Both the position numbers and the translations under genes were made by a program. From positions 9,409,929-9,473,928 of the forward strand of contig NC_068991.1 in assembly GCF_001194135.2 (NCBI RefSeq): 64,000 nt of DNA, in the 5' to 3' direction. A model generated the notes under the pieces. That model saw only the letters and a list, made by a program, of their open reading frames with translations. It ran no database searches and was not told the origin of the DNA. Below are positions 10,888 through 23,156 of the stretch, one piece after another. Position 1 is the first letter of the stretch. Every line of letters begins with the position of its first letter. The stretch is from Octopus bimaculoides. Its lineage: Eukaryota.

Positions 10888-13102
10888 AGAATACATTCTG
10901 TATAGTGATTGATATTAGGAAAGGCATCCAGCCATAGAAACCATGTCAAAGCAGACAATTGGAGCCTGGTGCAGCTCTGCAGCGGGCCAGTGCCTCTCAA
11001 ACTCCCCAACCCATGCCAGCATGGAGAATGGATATTAAAATGATGATGATGATGATGATGATGACAAGAAAATAATAGCACTTCAACAACTAACATTATT
11101 TCTGCATCTGAACAATTAACTTCAACGATTTATTTTTCAAATTTGCTAATTTTCCACACTAATTCATGTATAATATTGAACATCTATTTAATGATTCTCC
11201 CATCATTATTTTGATCAATATAGTGAAGTCTATACTTTGCTGAAGCAGTCTATCAAGACTGAAATATATCTAATGGCTTCTAACAGTGTGTATACATTTT
11301 AGTATGATACATAGATGACAATTTTTATCTAACGCTGTTTCAAATGCAGAAACTGAGCATTTTTCTGCAGCAGAATAAGCTTCAACAATATCAGTGAATG
11401 CTTTATTCGCTGTTTCCTATATGCTGAAGCATAAATTTTATTTAGTCAGGTGACAAATCGAATGCATGACATTAACAAGCTTCAACAAAAGTTAAATGCA
11501 GCTGTCATTCCCATGTGTCATTGCAGCAATGATGTTCACCTTGCTCTGAGACATATTGTGTTTTTTAGCACAAGTTTATGATGAGATTTTATCTCAGACA
11601 AATTCCACAGCATCATGCCTTCTAATGATGTGCATACATTTAGTATGATACACAACTGGTGATATCTAACATAATCTCACCTATTTACCATAATTATTAA
11701 AATAATATTAATCATTGAGCAAAATTTTTTTTTTTCAAACCATGAGATAATTAAATTGTTGATGTTTATTGCAATAGATATGTCATCATTAACTTATTGT
11801 AATTAGTAAAAAGCTTTGTAGAAAAGTTTGTGAGTGATCTTGAGAGACAAAAGTACTTTTATGTGTGTAAATACCACAGGACACAGTAATTCTCTGGTGA
11901 CCAGATGCTAATTATTTATATTGCTAACTAACACCCTTAGGAAACATATGTCACTTATGTTTAGTGTAACAGTCAACTCACCTTCAACAGGAATGGTGCT
12001 ATCATTAAATCATAAATATTGGTTTCAAATTTTTAGCACAAAGCCAGCAATTTTAATGGGAGTATAAGTCAATTAAGTCAACTTCAGTGCTCAACCGGTT
12101 CATATTTTGTTGACCTTGAAAGGATGAAAGGCAAAGGCGATCCCAGTAGCAATGCTGGAACATACAAACAAGATATGGACTCTACAAGCCACATCATTGG
12201 TTACTCACCTAGGAGAGCAGTGACCCCAAATAAAAACTGATACAGGACAGAGAGAACATTCTGGTTTTCTCTTTTGGAACAATCTCTCTCGTGCAAATAG
12301 CACAATAAAATGCAACCAGTCCTCACTATAAGACATATTCAACAAAAAAGTTAATCAGTTTTTTTGGGTTTTTTTATTATTGTGCATGCCAAAGGGAACA
12401 GATCATGACAAGTAAGGAGAAACTGTGAGACTCAGCTAATCCATGCCAGCATAGAAAAATAGACATAAAATATTTGAGATGAATGGTTGCATTGGTAGTT
12501 AAGTCAGTTTCATTAGTCAGGAATGGTAGTTTTTGTGTTTCATCCTTGTTGGTTAATATTGATGCTGCTGGCTTTTGCAGAGGGTAGTGTGTATCACGAT
12601 TGAAAACTATGCTGAGTTGATTTTGATGTGCATGCTTTGGTGGTTATGAAAACTCAACAGATTCTTCAAGCAGATGAAAGTTCTCCAAAATAAATTTTCT
12701 TCAATGGCAGCAAAGAGATAATATGTCACATCTCTTGTTTAGCAATATCAGAGGGTATTTCAGGATCTGGAATGCTTCAATCAAGCTAATGTAAAATTTC
12801 TTGCCCCATTAACATATGGGATAGATTTGGTCATAATGTTCCAAGTTATAGAAGCATGTTCACTTAGTTTCCAAATGAATGAGGACATAGTGAGTTGTTT
12901 GTTCCTTGACCTTAAGGAGTGAATATGTTGCTATACTCATCTTTAAAGGTGTTTGCAGTGAAACACATAATTCTTCTTTACACCATCTGCAGGTAGTAGA
13001 TTGCAGAAATACATAAATCTATGTTTACATATGCATAAACGCACGCACATATAATCATGTGTGTGTGTGTGTGTGTGAGACAGACAGACAGAAAATACTT
13101 AC

Positions 13103-13173
13103 TTGCCATTAGAAAGTATTTGGGCTTCTTCATCAGGTATTGTCTCAGCAAATAGCTCATTCACTCTGCTTCG
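13103..13173 (-). CDS. SCNM1: SCNM1 coding exon 2 (RSRVNELFAETIPDEEAQILSNGK)
   Basis: Acceptor ttttttgatag, donor gtaagt, 71 nt. Matches human KRRVGDLLASYIPEDEALMLRDGR. Confidence 0.95.
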
Positions 13174-14008
13174 CTATCAAAAAAGAAGAATGTTTTATTA
13201 AGGGAGCAGCATAAGTGATTGCATTCACCCCAGTATATTCCAGGTACTTATTTTATTGACTCTAAAGAAATGAAATGCAAAATTGTATATAGGGCAGGTG
13301 TGGCTGTGTGGTAAGAAGCTTGCTTCCCAACCACATGGTTCTGGGTTCAGTCCCACTGCATGGCACCTTGGGCAAGTATCTTCTACTATAGCTTCAGGCT
13401 GACCAAAGCCTTGCGAGTGGATTTGGTAGATGGAAACTGAAAGAAGCCTGTCATCTACCACCCATGCCAGCATGAAAGGCGGAGATTAAACAACGAAGAT
13501 AATGATGATGATGATGATGATGTGTATGTATACGCTTGTGTATCTGTGTTTGTTCTTTTGATGTTCACCTTGTTTTCTAAAAAGTTTATTTAAAATTGGA
13601 CAAAAAGTCATTGGATAAAAAATCAGCAGACAAAAAGACGTGGTTGAAGGGACGTCAGACGAAAAGTCGAGTCACAGCTCAATTGACCCCTACAAAAATC
13701 AATTTAACCCATAGGTGGAGCCCTGACAGGTACAACCATTCCAGATCAGAACAGATCTAGGAGTAATAATGATAATTAAGGGGTGACTCTAAGCTCCCAC
13801 TCCCCACAACTCTAGATCTTCCAAAATGGAGCCTCACCACTGGATGCAGTTTAATGTCATGCCCAGGTAGGACAGTCAGTATATTACTGGTATTTCTTTT
13901 ATCAATGATGGTCAGAACTCAGAAAAGAAGGATGTATTTAATACTGTTGGGTATATAGTGTTCTGATATTTCTACTATTTTACTCATATCTCATATGGGA
14001 GTTCTAGG

Positions 14009-14289
14009 TACTTTACTCTTTTACTTGTTTCAGTCATTTGACTGCGGCCATGCTGGAGCACCGCCTTTAGTCGAGAAAATCGACCCCAGGACTTATTCTA
14101 TCGGTCTCTTTTTGTCGAACCGCTAAGTTACAGGGACGTAAACACACCAGCATCGGTTGTCAAGTGATGGCGAGGGGACAAACACAGACACACACACACA
14201 CACACACACACACACANNNNNNNNNNNNNNNNNNNNNNNNNNNNNNNNNNNNNNNNNNNNNNNNNNNNNNNNNNNNNNNNNNNNNNNNN

Positions 14290-14320
<31 letters not shown>

Positions 14321-14485
14321 TACGACGGGCTTCTTTCAGTTTCTGTCTACCAAATCTACTCACATGGCTTTGGTCGGCCCGAGGCTATAGTAGAAGACAC
14401 TTGCCCAAGGTGCCACGCAGTGGGACTGAACCTAGAACCATGTGGTTGGTAAGCAAGCTACTTACCACACAGCCACTCCTGCGCC
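14009..14485 (-). mobile_element. SINE family B, full length, internal microsatellite expanded into an N gap
   Basis: Both halves match 20118-20520. The gap 14217-14289 lies inside the internal (CA)n(TA)n tract. Confidence 0.9.
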
Positions 14486-15013
14486 TATGGCAACCAAATT
14501 TCCCTCAAAATTCCATCCCTCCCTATTGTCTTAAAAAGATCACAATGGAAAATGTAGTCTTAGATATATATTAGTTATGTAAAAATGGTAGGATGGTCAT
14601 GGAAGGAACGCCTCTGAACCATAGGGTTGCTCGATTAGAACTGACTTGGGGCCAAGCAGCAAAAATATATTTGTTTCTAATTTAGATACAAGACCAGCAA
14701 TTTTTGAGGAGAGAGAGTTAGTTGATTACAGTGTGCCCCAGTATTTGACTGGTACATTCTTTTACAGGGCTTAGAAAAAACTGAAAGACCACTGCAATAA
14801 GTGTTTGAATCTAAGAGGGGAATATTTTGAATAAAATCATTGACTGATCCTCCTGTATTTTCTTTTACCCAAAGCCAGGAACTTTTCAGCACCCTTTCAT
14901 ACTTCAAGATTTTGCTCAGCTCTCAACTGATTCTACCATACACTGCCTGCCCTGATGTCACTTCCACTGCAAGATTCTGCTTTATGAAAGAATAATAAAA
15001 CTTTCACACATAC

Positions 15014-15064
15014 CCTTTGAGAATTCAACAAGTTATAGTCATTTCCATCACGTTTAAAAGACAT
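15014..15064 (-). CDS. SCNM1: SCNM1 coding exon 1 (MSFKRDGNDYNLLNSQR)
   Basis: ATG at 15064. The 17 codons match the human N-terminus MSFKREGDDWSQLNVLK. Phase-0 donor gtatgt. Strong acceptor tttcttttttcatttcag upstream puts the exon start at 15113. Confidence 0.93.
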
Positions 15065-15278
15065 CCTGGGAGATTAGTTCTTTCAGCTCATTGATTTTGG
15101 CAAATACATCACTCTGAAATGAAAAAAGAAATATTTTAAAAAGTTAAAAATACTTTAGGTTTGCAACTTGACTTTTTGAATCAAAGTAATTAAGATTAAA
15201 TCAATAACTATACAAAGTCAGTTTCATAGCTATTTACTCTTATTGTTGTGGAATAAGACCTATGTATGCCTTTCTAGT

Positions 15279-15664
15279 GTGGAGGCACAATGGCCCAGTG
15301 GTTAGGGCAGCAGACTTGCTGTCATAGGATCACGGTTTCGATTCCCAGACCAGGTGTTGTGAGCGTTTATTGAGCGAAAACACCTAAAGCTCCACGAGGC
15401 TCCGGCAGGGGATGGTGGCGAACCCTGCTGTACTCTTCCACCACAACTTTCCCTCACTCTTACTTCCTGTTTCTGTTGTGCCTGTAATTCAAAGGGTCAG
15501 CCTTGTCACACTGTGTCATGCTGAATATCCCCGAGAACTACGTTAAGGGTACACGTGTCTGTGGAGTACTCAGCCACTTGCACGTTAATTTCACGAGCAG
15601 GCTGTTCCGTTGATTGATCAACTGGAACCCTCGACGTCGTAAGCGACGGAGTGCCAACAACAAC
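15279..15664 (+). mobile_element. SINE family D, full length, 13-bp TSD
   Basis: tRNA-like head (tggcccagtggttagggcag..gtttcgattccc), (CAA)n tail, TSD atgcctttctagt at 15266-15278 and 15665-15677. Confidence 0.92.
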
Positions 15665-16339
15665 ATGCCTTTCTAGTAACCTGGGATATAAACTGAACTG
15701 AGTGGTTTTATTTTACAAGCCATCAGGTTCATTCACCTCTGGCAAACAAATGCTGAGATCAAACAAATAAGGTAGCCTGAGGTTACTTATTAAAAGCATA
15801 AGAAAAACTATGTAATGGCTCGACTCATTTACATACTAGTACAAGTAAACAGGCTAACTAACTGATTACTAGAGTACTAGTAGAGCATGGATTATGAATA
15901 ATTAATTATGCTAAGTTATGTTCATATGTTAGGCTTTGTCAAATGATATATCACAAGGGATATCTCGATGTACCATGTCATTGACATTTAAAATATAATT
16001 CAAGGCTTTAGGAAATCCATTCTAATGCTTGAGTTTTGTTGAAAAACATGGTTTGTCATTTTGCTACACACAAATGTTGGCATCGAATTTTCACACAAGG
16101 CCTGCAATTTCAGGGGAGGGGGTGGGTCGATTACATCAACCCCATTGCTCAACTGGTACTTATTTTATGAACCCCAAAAGAATGAAAAGCAAAGTCAACC
16201 TCAGCAGCGTTTGAACTCATTCTTTCAGAATCAAAAAAAAAAAAAGGTACTAGTTGAACATTGAGGTCAATATAGACTTATTCTTTCCCCCGAAATTGCT
16301 GGCCTTGAGCCAAAGTTTGAAATTATTATTATTATTAAA

Positions 16340-16545
16340 GCAGCAAGCTGGCAGAATTGTTAGCATGCCAGACAAAATGCTTAATAGCATTTCATTTTTG
16401 TTTACATTCTAGGTTCAAATTCCACCGAGGTCAACTTTGCCTTTGATTGTTTCGGGGTCAATGAAAAAGTACCAGTTGAAAACTGGAGTTGATGTAATCG
16501 ACTAACCCCTGCCCTTAAAATATCAGGCTTTGTGCTTCTAGTAGA
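16340..16545 (+). mobile_element. SINE family A, older copy
   Basis: Similar to the 8885-9112 copy. Other degenerate copies at about 12020-12150(-), 16075-16215(-), 25495-25610(+), 36470-36600(-), 38300-38400(-). Confidence 0.75.
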
Positions 16546-16564
16546 AAAGATTATTATTATTTTT

Positions 16565-17560
16565 TTTACTACTACTATTACAGCTATACTCCATGGTAGA
16601 GACATGGGCTCTGAATGCAGAAGACATGCGTAGTAAACTGGAGAGAAATGAAGGTAGTATGCTCCATTGGATGTGCAACTTCAGTGCACATGTACGACAA
16701 AGTGCAAACGTATTGAGAGAAAAGTTGGGCATAAGAGAAATCAAATGTAGCATGCAAGAGAGAAGACTATGTTGGTTTGGACATGTGATGTGTATGAATG
16801 AGGACAGCTGCATAAAGAAATGCCAATCACTGAAAGTGGATGGTACCCATGGAAGAGGGAGACCCAGGAAAACATGGGATGAAGTGGTAAGGACCGATCT
16901 CAGAATGTTGGGTCTCATGGAGGAAATGACAATGGACTGAGATGTCTGGCGATATGAAGTTCTTGAGAAGACCTGCCCACATCAGCAAAACTGAGTTCTA
17001 GAAGCGCTGTGTGTCCCACCCACACTCAACAAGAAAATTTCTCATACATTCTACCACAACAAACCAAACTACATCTCTTCTCTTCCTTATATTTCCACTT
17101 CATGCACTAGGCTTACCTCGCACTCCCCAATCCTGTCTTCTTGGCCCTGTGCCACTGTAATATTGTTATCTGCTAGATTCCAAACTGTGTGTTCCACCCA
17201 CGACCTGTCTCACTGTGTCACTGCCTATGCCTGGCACTTTGCCACCATCTCTATCTTGCTGTTTCCCTCTCACTCTCCTTCTCCAGCACTTTCTTCATGT
17301 TGGGTAACCATGTATTTCCTTTGCGGCAATGCACGTTTCTGTCTTCATCTCTCTCTCTCTCTCTCTCTCTCTTTCTCCAGCCAGATACCAGTGGCGCGTA
17401 AAAGCACCCACTACAATCTCGGAGTGGTTGGCGTTAGGAAGGACATCCAGCTATAGAAACCATGCCGAAAGAGACTGGAATCTGGTGCAGCCTTCCTGCC
17501 CTGGTCAAACCGTCCAGCCCATGCCAGCATGGACAACAGATATTAAACGGTAGTGATGAT
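16565..17560 (+). mobile_element. 5'-truncated RTE-clade LINE 3' end (ORF 16593-16940, 3' UTR, family C tail)
   Basis: ETW..RRLCWFGHVM..GRGRPRKTW is the typical RTE post-RT C-terminus. No RT or endonuclease domain present. Confidence 0.85.
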
Positions 17561-19839
17561 TATATATGAATCCTTATGAAAGATCCTCTCAAGGTAAATG
17601 GCACAGTATTCTATGTTCTAACACAATTTCTACATTAAGCCGGATCAAGATTACCTTTTGACATTAATACTGCTTTTGTTGTTATTAATTACATATATAT
17701 TATATTTGCATGTACAAGTGTATATTTCCTACATGAAAGACAGGTATGGATTGGTTAGCAGGAAGAACTATAAAGGCTATAAAAATTCTGCTTTAATTCC
17801 CTCATTTTGCAGTCTAGTATAGAAAAAAAAACAGATTCTAAATGAAACAAATGAACAAAAGTAAATGCTTTGTTGTATTTTCATTCATAAAAGAAACTGC
17901 CATGAAATAATAACCCTCTAGAAAAGAGGTAGCTTTGGTAAACCTATTTGATAAATGAGGATCAATAAAACAAAATATATTTGTAGATGATGCTCCAGTA
18001 TGGCTGTTATCCAATGAGTGAAGCCAGTAAAAAGTTAAGTAATATTCACAGTACTGCATTAATCTGCTACATCATCAAAGAATACAGAAAGGATTTTGTT
18101 TTTGTATGTTTTGTTTCATAAATGGTGGTTCCTTTATGCATGGATATCTTTATATATTTGCAGAATTGTTAGTAGTAATATTGTTATTATTAACATCATT
18201 ATCATCATTTTCATTAACAGAAGAGCTGTCATACTGAATTGACTGTACATGGATAATTAAATAGTTACAAGGCAGCAAGCTGCAGTGAGACTAGCAGAGA
18301 CCACAATGCACTGACAGCTGTCTCTTACACTTCAGTGGAACTTTATGTTGTTTTTTTTATATATACGTCGGAGGATGTACAGAAGTTATTTACACCAACA
18401 ACAGGTAAGATAAGCAAAGCCTGTTGTAGTTGCTGGCAATCAATACACCTACTTCAGTTCAACACAATCAAAGAGAAGAGGAAAGAAAGAAGAAAAGGGA
18501 AAAAAATCAATTGCAGATCAATTTAGATTCCTTTCAGAAATATTAAATAGAATATAGAAAGGATATCAGTACAAACTTAATAGGATGGGATGGTAATTGA
18601 AGTTATTGGCAAAGCGGATTTGATCCCAGTATGAGGTCACAGAAATTCTTATTTGTCTTTCTTATGTTCAGCTTAGAGGTTCAAATGGTTGATTGGATAT
18701 GGTACTAAACTATAAGCCCAAACATTTTGAGTTCAATATCTACTGCAGGCAATTTTTGTTGTTTCTTAGCAGAACATTTTTATATATCAGTTCAGCTCAC
18801 CTAGCTGTGAGGAGGAATACAATAATATTTTTTATTATAAACAGTCTTGGCATTCTTTTTACTTTACATAAAATATTCTTTACAGTCTACCATTGTTTTA
18901 TTGCCATTTATTTACTGGTATTATAAATTTTATAGGTAAGATATTTTTCTGGGAACAAATTACAATTTATAACTTTGCTACTATGGGAAATTATTGCTCT
19001 CTTTACAAGTTTTCGCTTTAGAAGCAGTCTCTGTGAACAAATTAACTTGTATATCGAAGCATTCCTGTACTTTGAAAGGTTACAACCAATGTGTTATTTA
19101 GTGTAGATTAAGTTATTACAATAGTCCTTGTCCAACCAACCTCATTAGCTCTGTCCCACTTATTTTTAACAACCATTCTTTCATTCTTACACCTCTCTAT
19201 TTCTCACCTATATTCATTGACAAAACCTTCATATAACTAACCACATAACCACATCATTGTCAACTGTACAACACAAGGCAGAAACATGATATATTTTGAG
19301 AGAAAAATCTGTCAGTTGCTTCCAAGTGTTGACTGACTTCTTTGATACTATGAGACTGAGGTTGAGCTCTAGGAAAACCTCTAGGAAAGCTCTTTCAAAG
19401 GAATTCCAAGCACTTCCATTCCATCTTCCTTTTTTTTTTTTACTCCAGACACGGTCTCTAGTACAACATTATCCAAAATGCACATCCTTTTTCAAAGCAT
19501 TAGAGTATGATTTGGGAGTTGGCTGCTATTTCTAGCAAATTGAGTGACCATATAGAAGCTAAACAAACAAGTACTGCTCAACTAAAATAGGTTCCATGAG
19601 ATCAATATAATCCATGTTGCTGTTGTTGTTGCTCAATTTCTGATCAGCCATAACTGAGCAGACCTCTGATCAAAGACATTTAAACACTGCCCACCCTGTC
19701 TTTTTATACATCACAGACAATATTACCAGTCCACAAACATTTTTGATAGCCTCTTGCTCTCTTCCCTTCAAGAATTCCTGTAAGGAATGGTATTTGGCAG
19801 TGACTTGTCTAAAATACAATAGCTTTGTGGATCCAATTC

Positions 19840-20070
19840 CCAACAACAAATAGCTTTGAACTTTCAGCTTTCCTAATACTGCAGCATTTGTTCTATCTTT
19901 TTCCAGTTATTTCTGCCTATCTACAAAGGATCTACATCTCTCTTTTTTTCCATTGCTCACAACACCGTCCAAGTTTCTGCCCAGCAGAAGACAACCAGCA
20001 TAATGTAACAGTTTACTGCCTCAATGTTAGGTGCAGCATTATGTCTTTTAAGATTAAGACTAAGACTATT
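19840..20070 (-). mobile_element. Degenerate RTE LINE fragment
   Basis: NCYIMLVVFCWAETWT resembles RTE CYIWSVLLYGAETWT. Stops present. Confidence 0.6.
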
Positions 20071-20117
20071 GTAAGTTTGGTTCAGAGGAATGCATGTTCC
20101 GTTGGCTCAACTTGAAT

Positions 20118-20520
20118 CGTGGAGTGGCTGTGTGGTAAGTAGCTTGCTTACCAACCACATGGTTCCAGGTTCAGTCCACTGCGTGGCACCTTGGGCAAGT
20201 GTCTTCTACTATAGCCTCAGGCCGACCAAAGTCTTGTGAGTGGATTTGGTAGGTGGAAACTGAAAGAAGCCCGTCGAATATATATATATATATATGTGTG
20301 CGTGCGTGTATGTGTGTGTGCATGTTTGTCCCCCAACATCGTTTGACAACCGATGCTGGTGTGTTTACGTCTCGTAACTTAGCGGTTCGGCCTAAGAGAC
20401 CGATAGAATAAGTACTAGGCTTACAAAGAGTAAGTCCTGGGGTCGACTTGTTCGACTAAAAGCGGTGCTCCAGCATGGCCGCAGTCAAATGACTGAAATA
20501 AATAAAAGAATAAAAGAATT
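20118..20520 (+). mobile_element. SINE family B, full length
   Basis: Head gtggctgtgtggtaag..ggttcagtcc (A/B-box-like), internal (TA)n(TG)n, 3' half ending gcatggccgcagtcaaatgactgaaa..aaaagaataaaaga. Confidence 0.9.
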
Positions 20521-21059
20521 TGTCCACCACAGAAATTGCTGTCAAAACAGCTGTGATCCAATGGGGTGTAAGTCTCTTCTTTGTTTTGTTAGCTTATTGA
20601 TGCACCAAAGAACAGCTTCAAATGTTTCTGTGGTGCTCCTAAAATAGGTTTTTGCAGTGACCCAAACAACTTCAGTAAGCAGGAAAACATTCATTTACGA
20701 ACAGTTTCTGTGGAATTCCTGAATTCAAATAGTAGAGAACCTTTATTTACCAATAAACTTATAAACTTGTGATGCCCCTAACAACCTTTATAAGCAGGAC
20801 ATTCTGTGATTTTAATAAACCTCAATGAGTAGAAAAACATTCTTTTAGAAATGGTTTCTTGCAGTGTTGTTAACAACCTCAGTGAATAAGGAACATCAAG
20901 GGCTGACTTTGTAGAGGCCCTATCGAAAGTTTATAAATAAATTACTTCTGCAACGACCATGACAGTCCCAGTGAGTAGGGGACGTTCAATTGTAATTAAG
21001 TTTATGAACAGTTACAAAGTGAAGTCTGTCAGAGACATTGAAGAACCAGGTTGATGGTG

Positions 21060-21270
21060 TTAAGTAAATAGATTAAATCTACCTACCGCTATTGGTGTAG
21101 TTGAGGTGCGTGCCGCGTGGGACAGCCTTTGAATTTGCCCCTCCCCAGCTTTTCGGACCAATACAACTTATCCAGGTTTACGCAGCAGACCCAAAAGTGC
21201 CGCCCCTATAAAAGCAATCACTTGAGGTGGACTGCGTTCCATCCGCTTCGCCCCACGAGAACTTGAGATG
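21060..21270. promoter_or_regulatory. CpG-rich candidate promoter/first exon
   Basis: GC box ccgccc 21200-21205 next to TATAAAAG 21207-21214 (+). Minus-strand donor GCG|gtaggt at 21087. Confidence 0.35.
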
Positions 21271-21853
21271 ATAGATGGATGGATAGAGAAACCAACAAAA
21301 ATAAGGAGACTGACAGGTGTAAGATAAGACATAAATACATAGAAAGAGAGCTAACAGATTATAAGAGATGGGCATAAACCAGACAAAATGGACATATTGA
21401 CATATAGATATATACATACGTGCGTGTGTATAATTTGGATATATATCTACATATATAGTTTACATGAATGTGTGTGTGTGTGTGTGCGCGCGCATACACA
21501 CACATACATATGAGCAGACAAACCGTAAGTAAATGCAATTGTGAATGAGTCAGAATGATTTTGTGCCAAATCATCCAAAGCTATAAAATCGATGACCACG
21601 TACACACACACACACTCTCTCTCTCTCTCTCAAACACACATGCACATCTAGAGTTGCCGTCTCAAAATTTCATATAAACACACACACCACTTTCACTACA
21701 GAACTACATCCCAACAGTCACACAATTAGACTACAGTTCGACTGACTACACCAAAGAGAATCCCTCCATTATATAACTAAAAGTCTTATATATTAACTTC
21801 CAGTGTGGTGGTGTGTTGTTGGCGGAGGCCGCGGGGTGGAGGGAATGACATAC

Positions 21854-22156
21854 ATTGCTTTCCTCTACCGATGTATCTCACACGCGAATCTAGCGCCATC
21901 CCGCAATGTTGTTCCACCGTCGGCGCCCCTCGAACCAGCCTCTTTGCCACCGCCGCCGCCGCACTCCACTCTGAATCTACTTCCTGGTAAACTCCCCTTA
22001 CCCCCACTACTTAACAACGGCCCGCCACCAACCTCACCTTATCATTACAAGCTTCCTTTAGCTGGGCTGGCATAGCCTAGCCTAGCCTAGGTTGGTCTCG
22101 ACCGATCGATCGATAAACAAAAGACAGAGCAGAGGAGCTCTGCTGCAGCTTATGGA
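21854..22156 (-). other. Candidate GC-rich exon (5' leader plus ATG...MALDSRVRYIGRGKQ)
   Basis: Acceptor gttgtttctttcatctcag, donor gtatgt, CpG-rich. ATG at 21899 in GGGATGG context. Confidence 0.45.
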
Positions 22157-22169
22157 CTGAGATGAAAGA

Positions 22170-22330
22170 AACAACATCAATAATAAAATTAACAACAACA
22201 ACAGCAGCAGCAGTAAAAGTAGTAGTAGTAGTAAAAGTAAATGTAGTAGCAGCAGCAGCAGCAGCAAAGACAAGAATAACAACAGAAATAGTAATGAATA
22301 GTAACTCCAGCAACAACAAGAACAGCAGAG
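22170..22330. repeat. Compound (AAC/AGC/AGT)n microsatellite
   Basis: Directly visible. Confidence 0.9.
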
Positions 22331-23110
22331 ATACCGATGATGGTGGTGGAGGTTTTAACTGCGAGGGAGATGTTTTCTCAATGTGCAACAAGAACAGATC
22401 GAATATAGTACAATATGATGTAATTCTATACATACATGTAAGCATATGGAGTATTAAAACTAATGTGTGTGTAGTAATAGGGACCCGCCAAAAAAAAAAA
22501 AGTGGGTAATCTTTACGGATCAGATCAAAGTACTCCAAAAACACCGATTGCTCCATGTTCCAGTTTAAAAATGAAACTGACAGATCGAAGCATCCACCCA
22601 TCTCAAACCGGTCGCAAACATGCAACATGTATAATATTCATTGGAAGGCGGGGCCCCACAGAATCCAATCCTCCTACTCAAACATGATATTTGGAGAGGG
22701 GGGGTTCATTTGAGGGGGAAAGCTACCACTCAGCTACACCACAACCCGATNNNNNNNNNNNNNNNNNNNNNNNNNNNNNNNNNNNNNNNNNNNNNNNNNN
22801 NNNNNNNNNNNNNNNNNNNNNNNNNNNNNNNNNNNNNNNNNNNNNNNNNNNNNNNNNNNNNNNNNNNNNNNNNNNNNNNNNNNNNNNNNNNNNNNNNNNN
22901 NNNNNNNNNNNNNNNNNNNNNNNNNNNNNNNNNNNNNNNNNNNGTTACAGCTGTTCATCACTGAGACAAGAGACAGATTACATCGACCTGTTCCCATCTC
23001 ATCACAATGCCATGCTAGTATGGCTTATCCCACACTAGCAGTACTGCTTATCACTTCCACACCAGTGGAAGTTTTACACACACACATACAATAATATATA
23101 TATGTATGTT

Positions 23111-23156
<46 letters not shown>

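Noticed and set aside
15054-15113. Overlapping peptide as TNFAIP8L2-like or guanylate-kinase C-terminus (human has a TNFAIP8L2-SCNM1 read-through)
   Set aside because: Only vague helical similarity, and no upstream exons of either family were found.
18558-18566. Perfect U12-type 5' splice site ATATCCTTT on the minus strand
   Set aside because: No convincing upstream exon or matching TCCTTAAC branch site with AC end. A 9-mer like this is expected by chance. All five SCNM1 coding introns are ordinary GT-AG.
21803-22075. Proline-rich plus-strand ORF
   Set aside because: It is the antisense of the GC-rich minus-strand exon and shows no domain or splice support.
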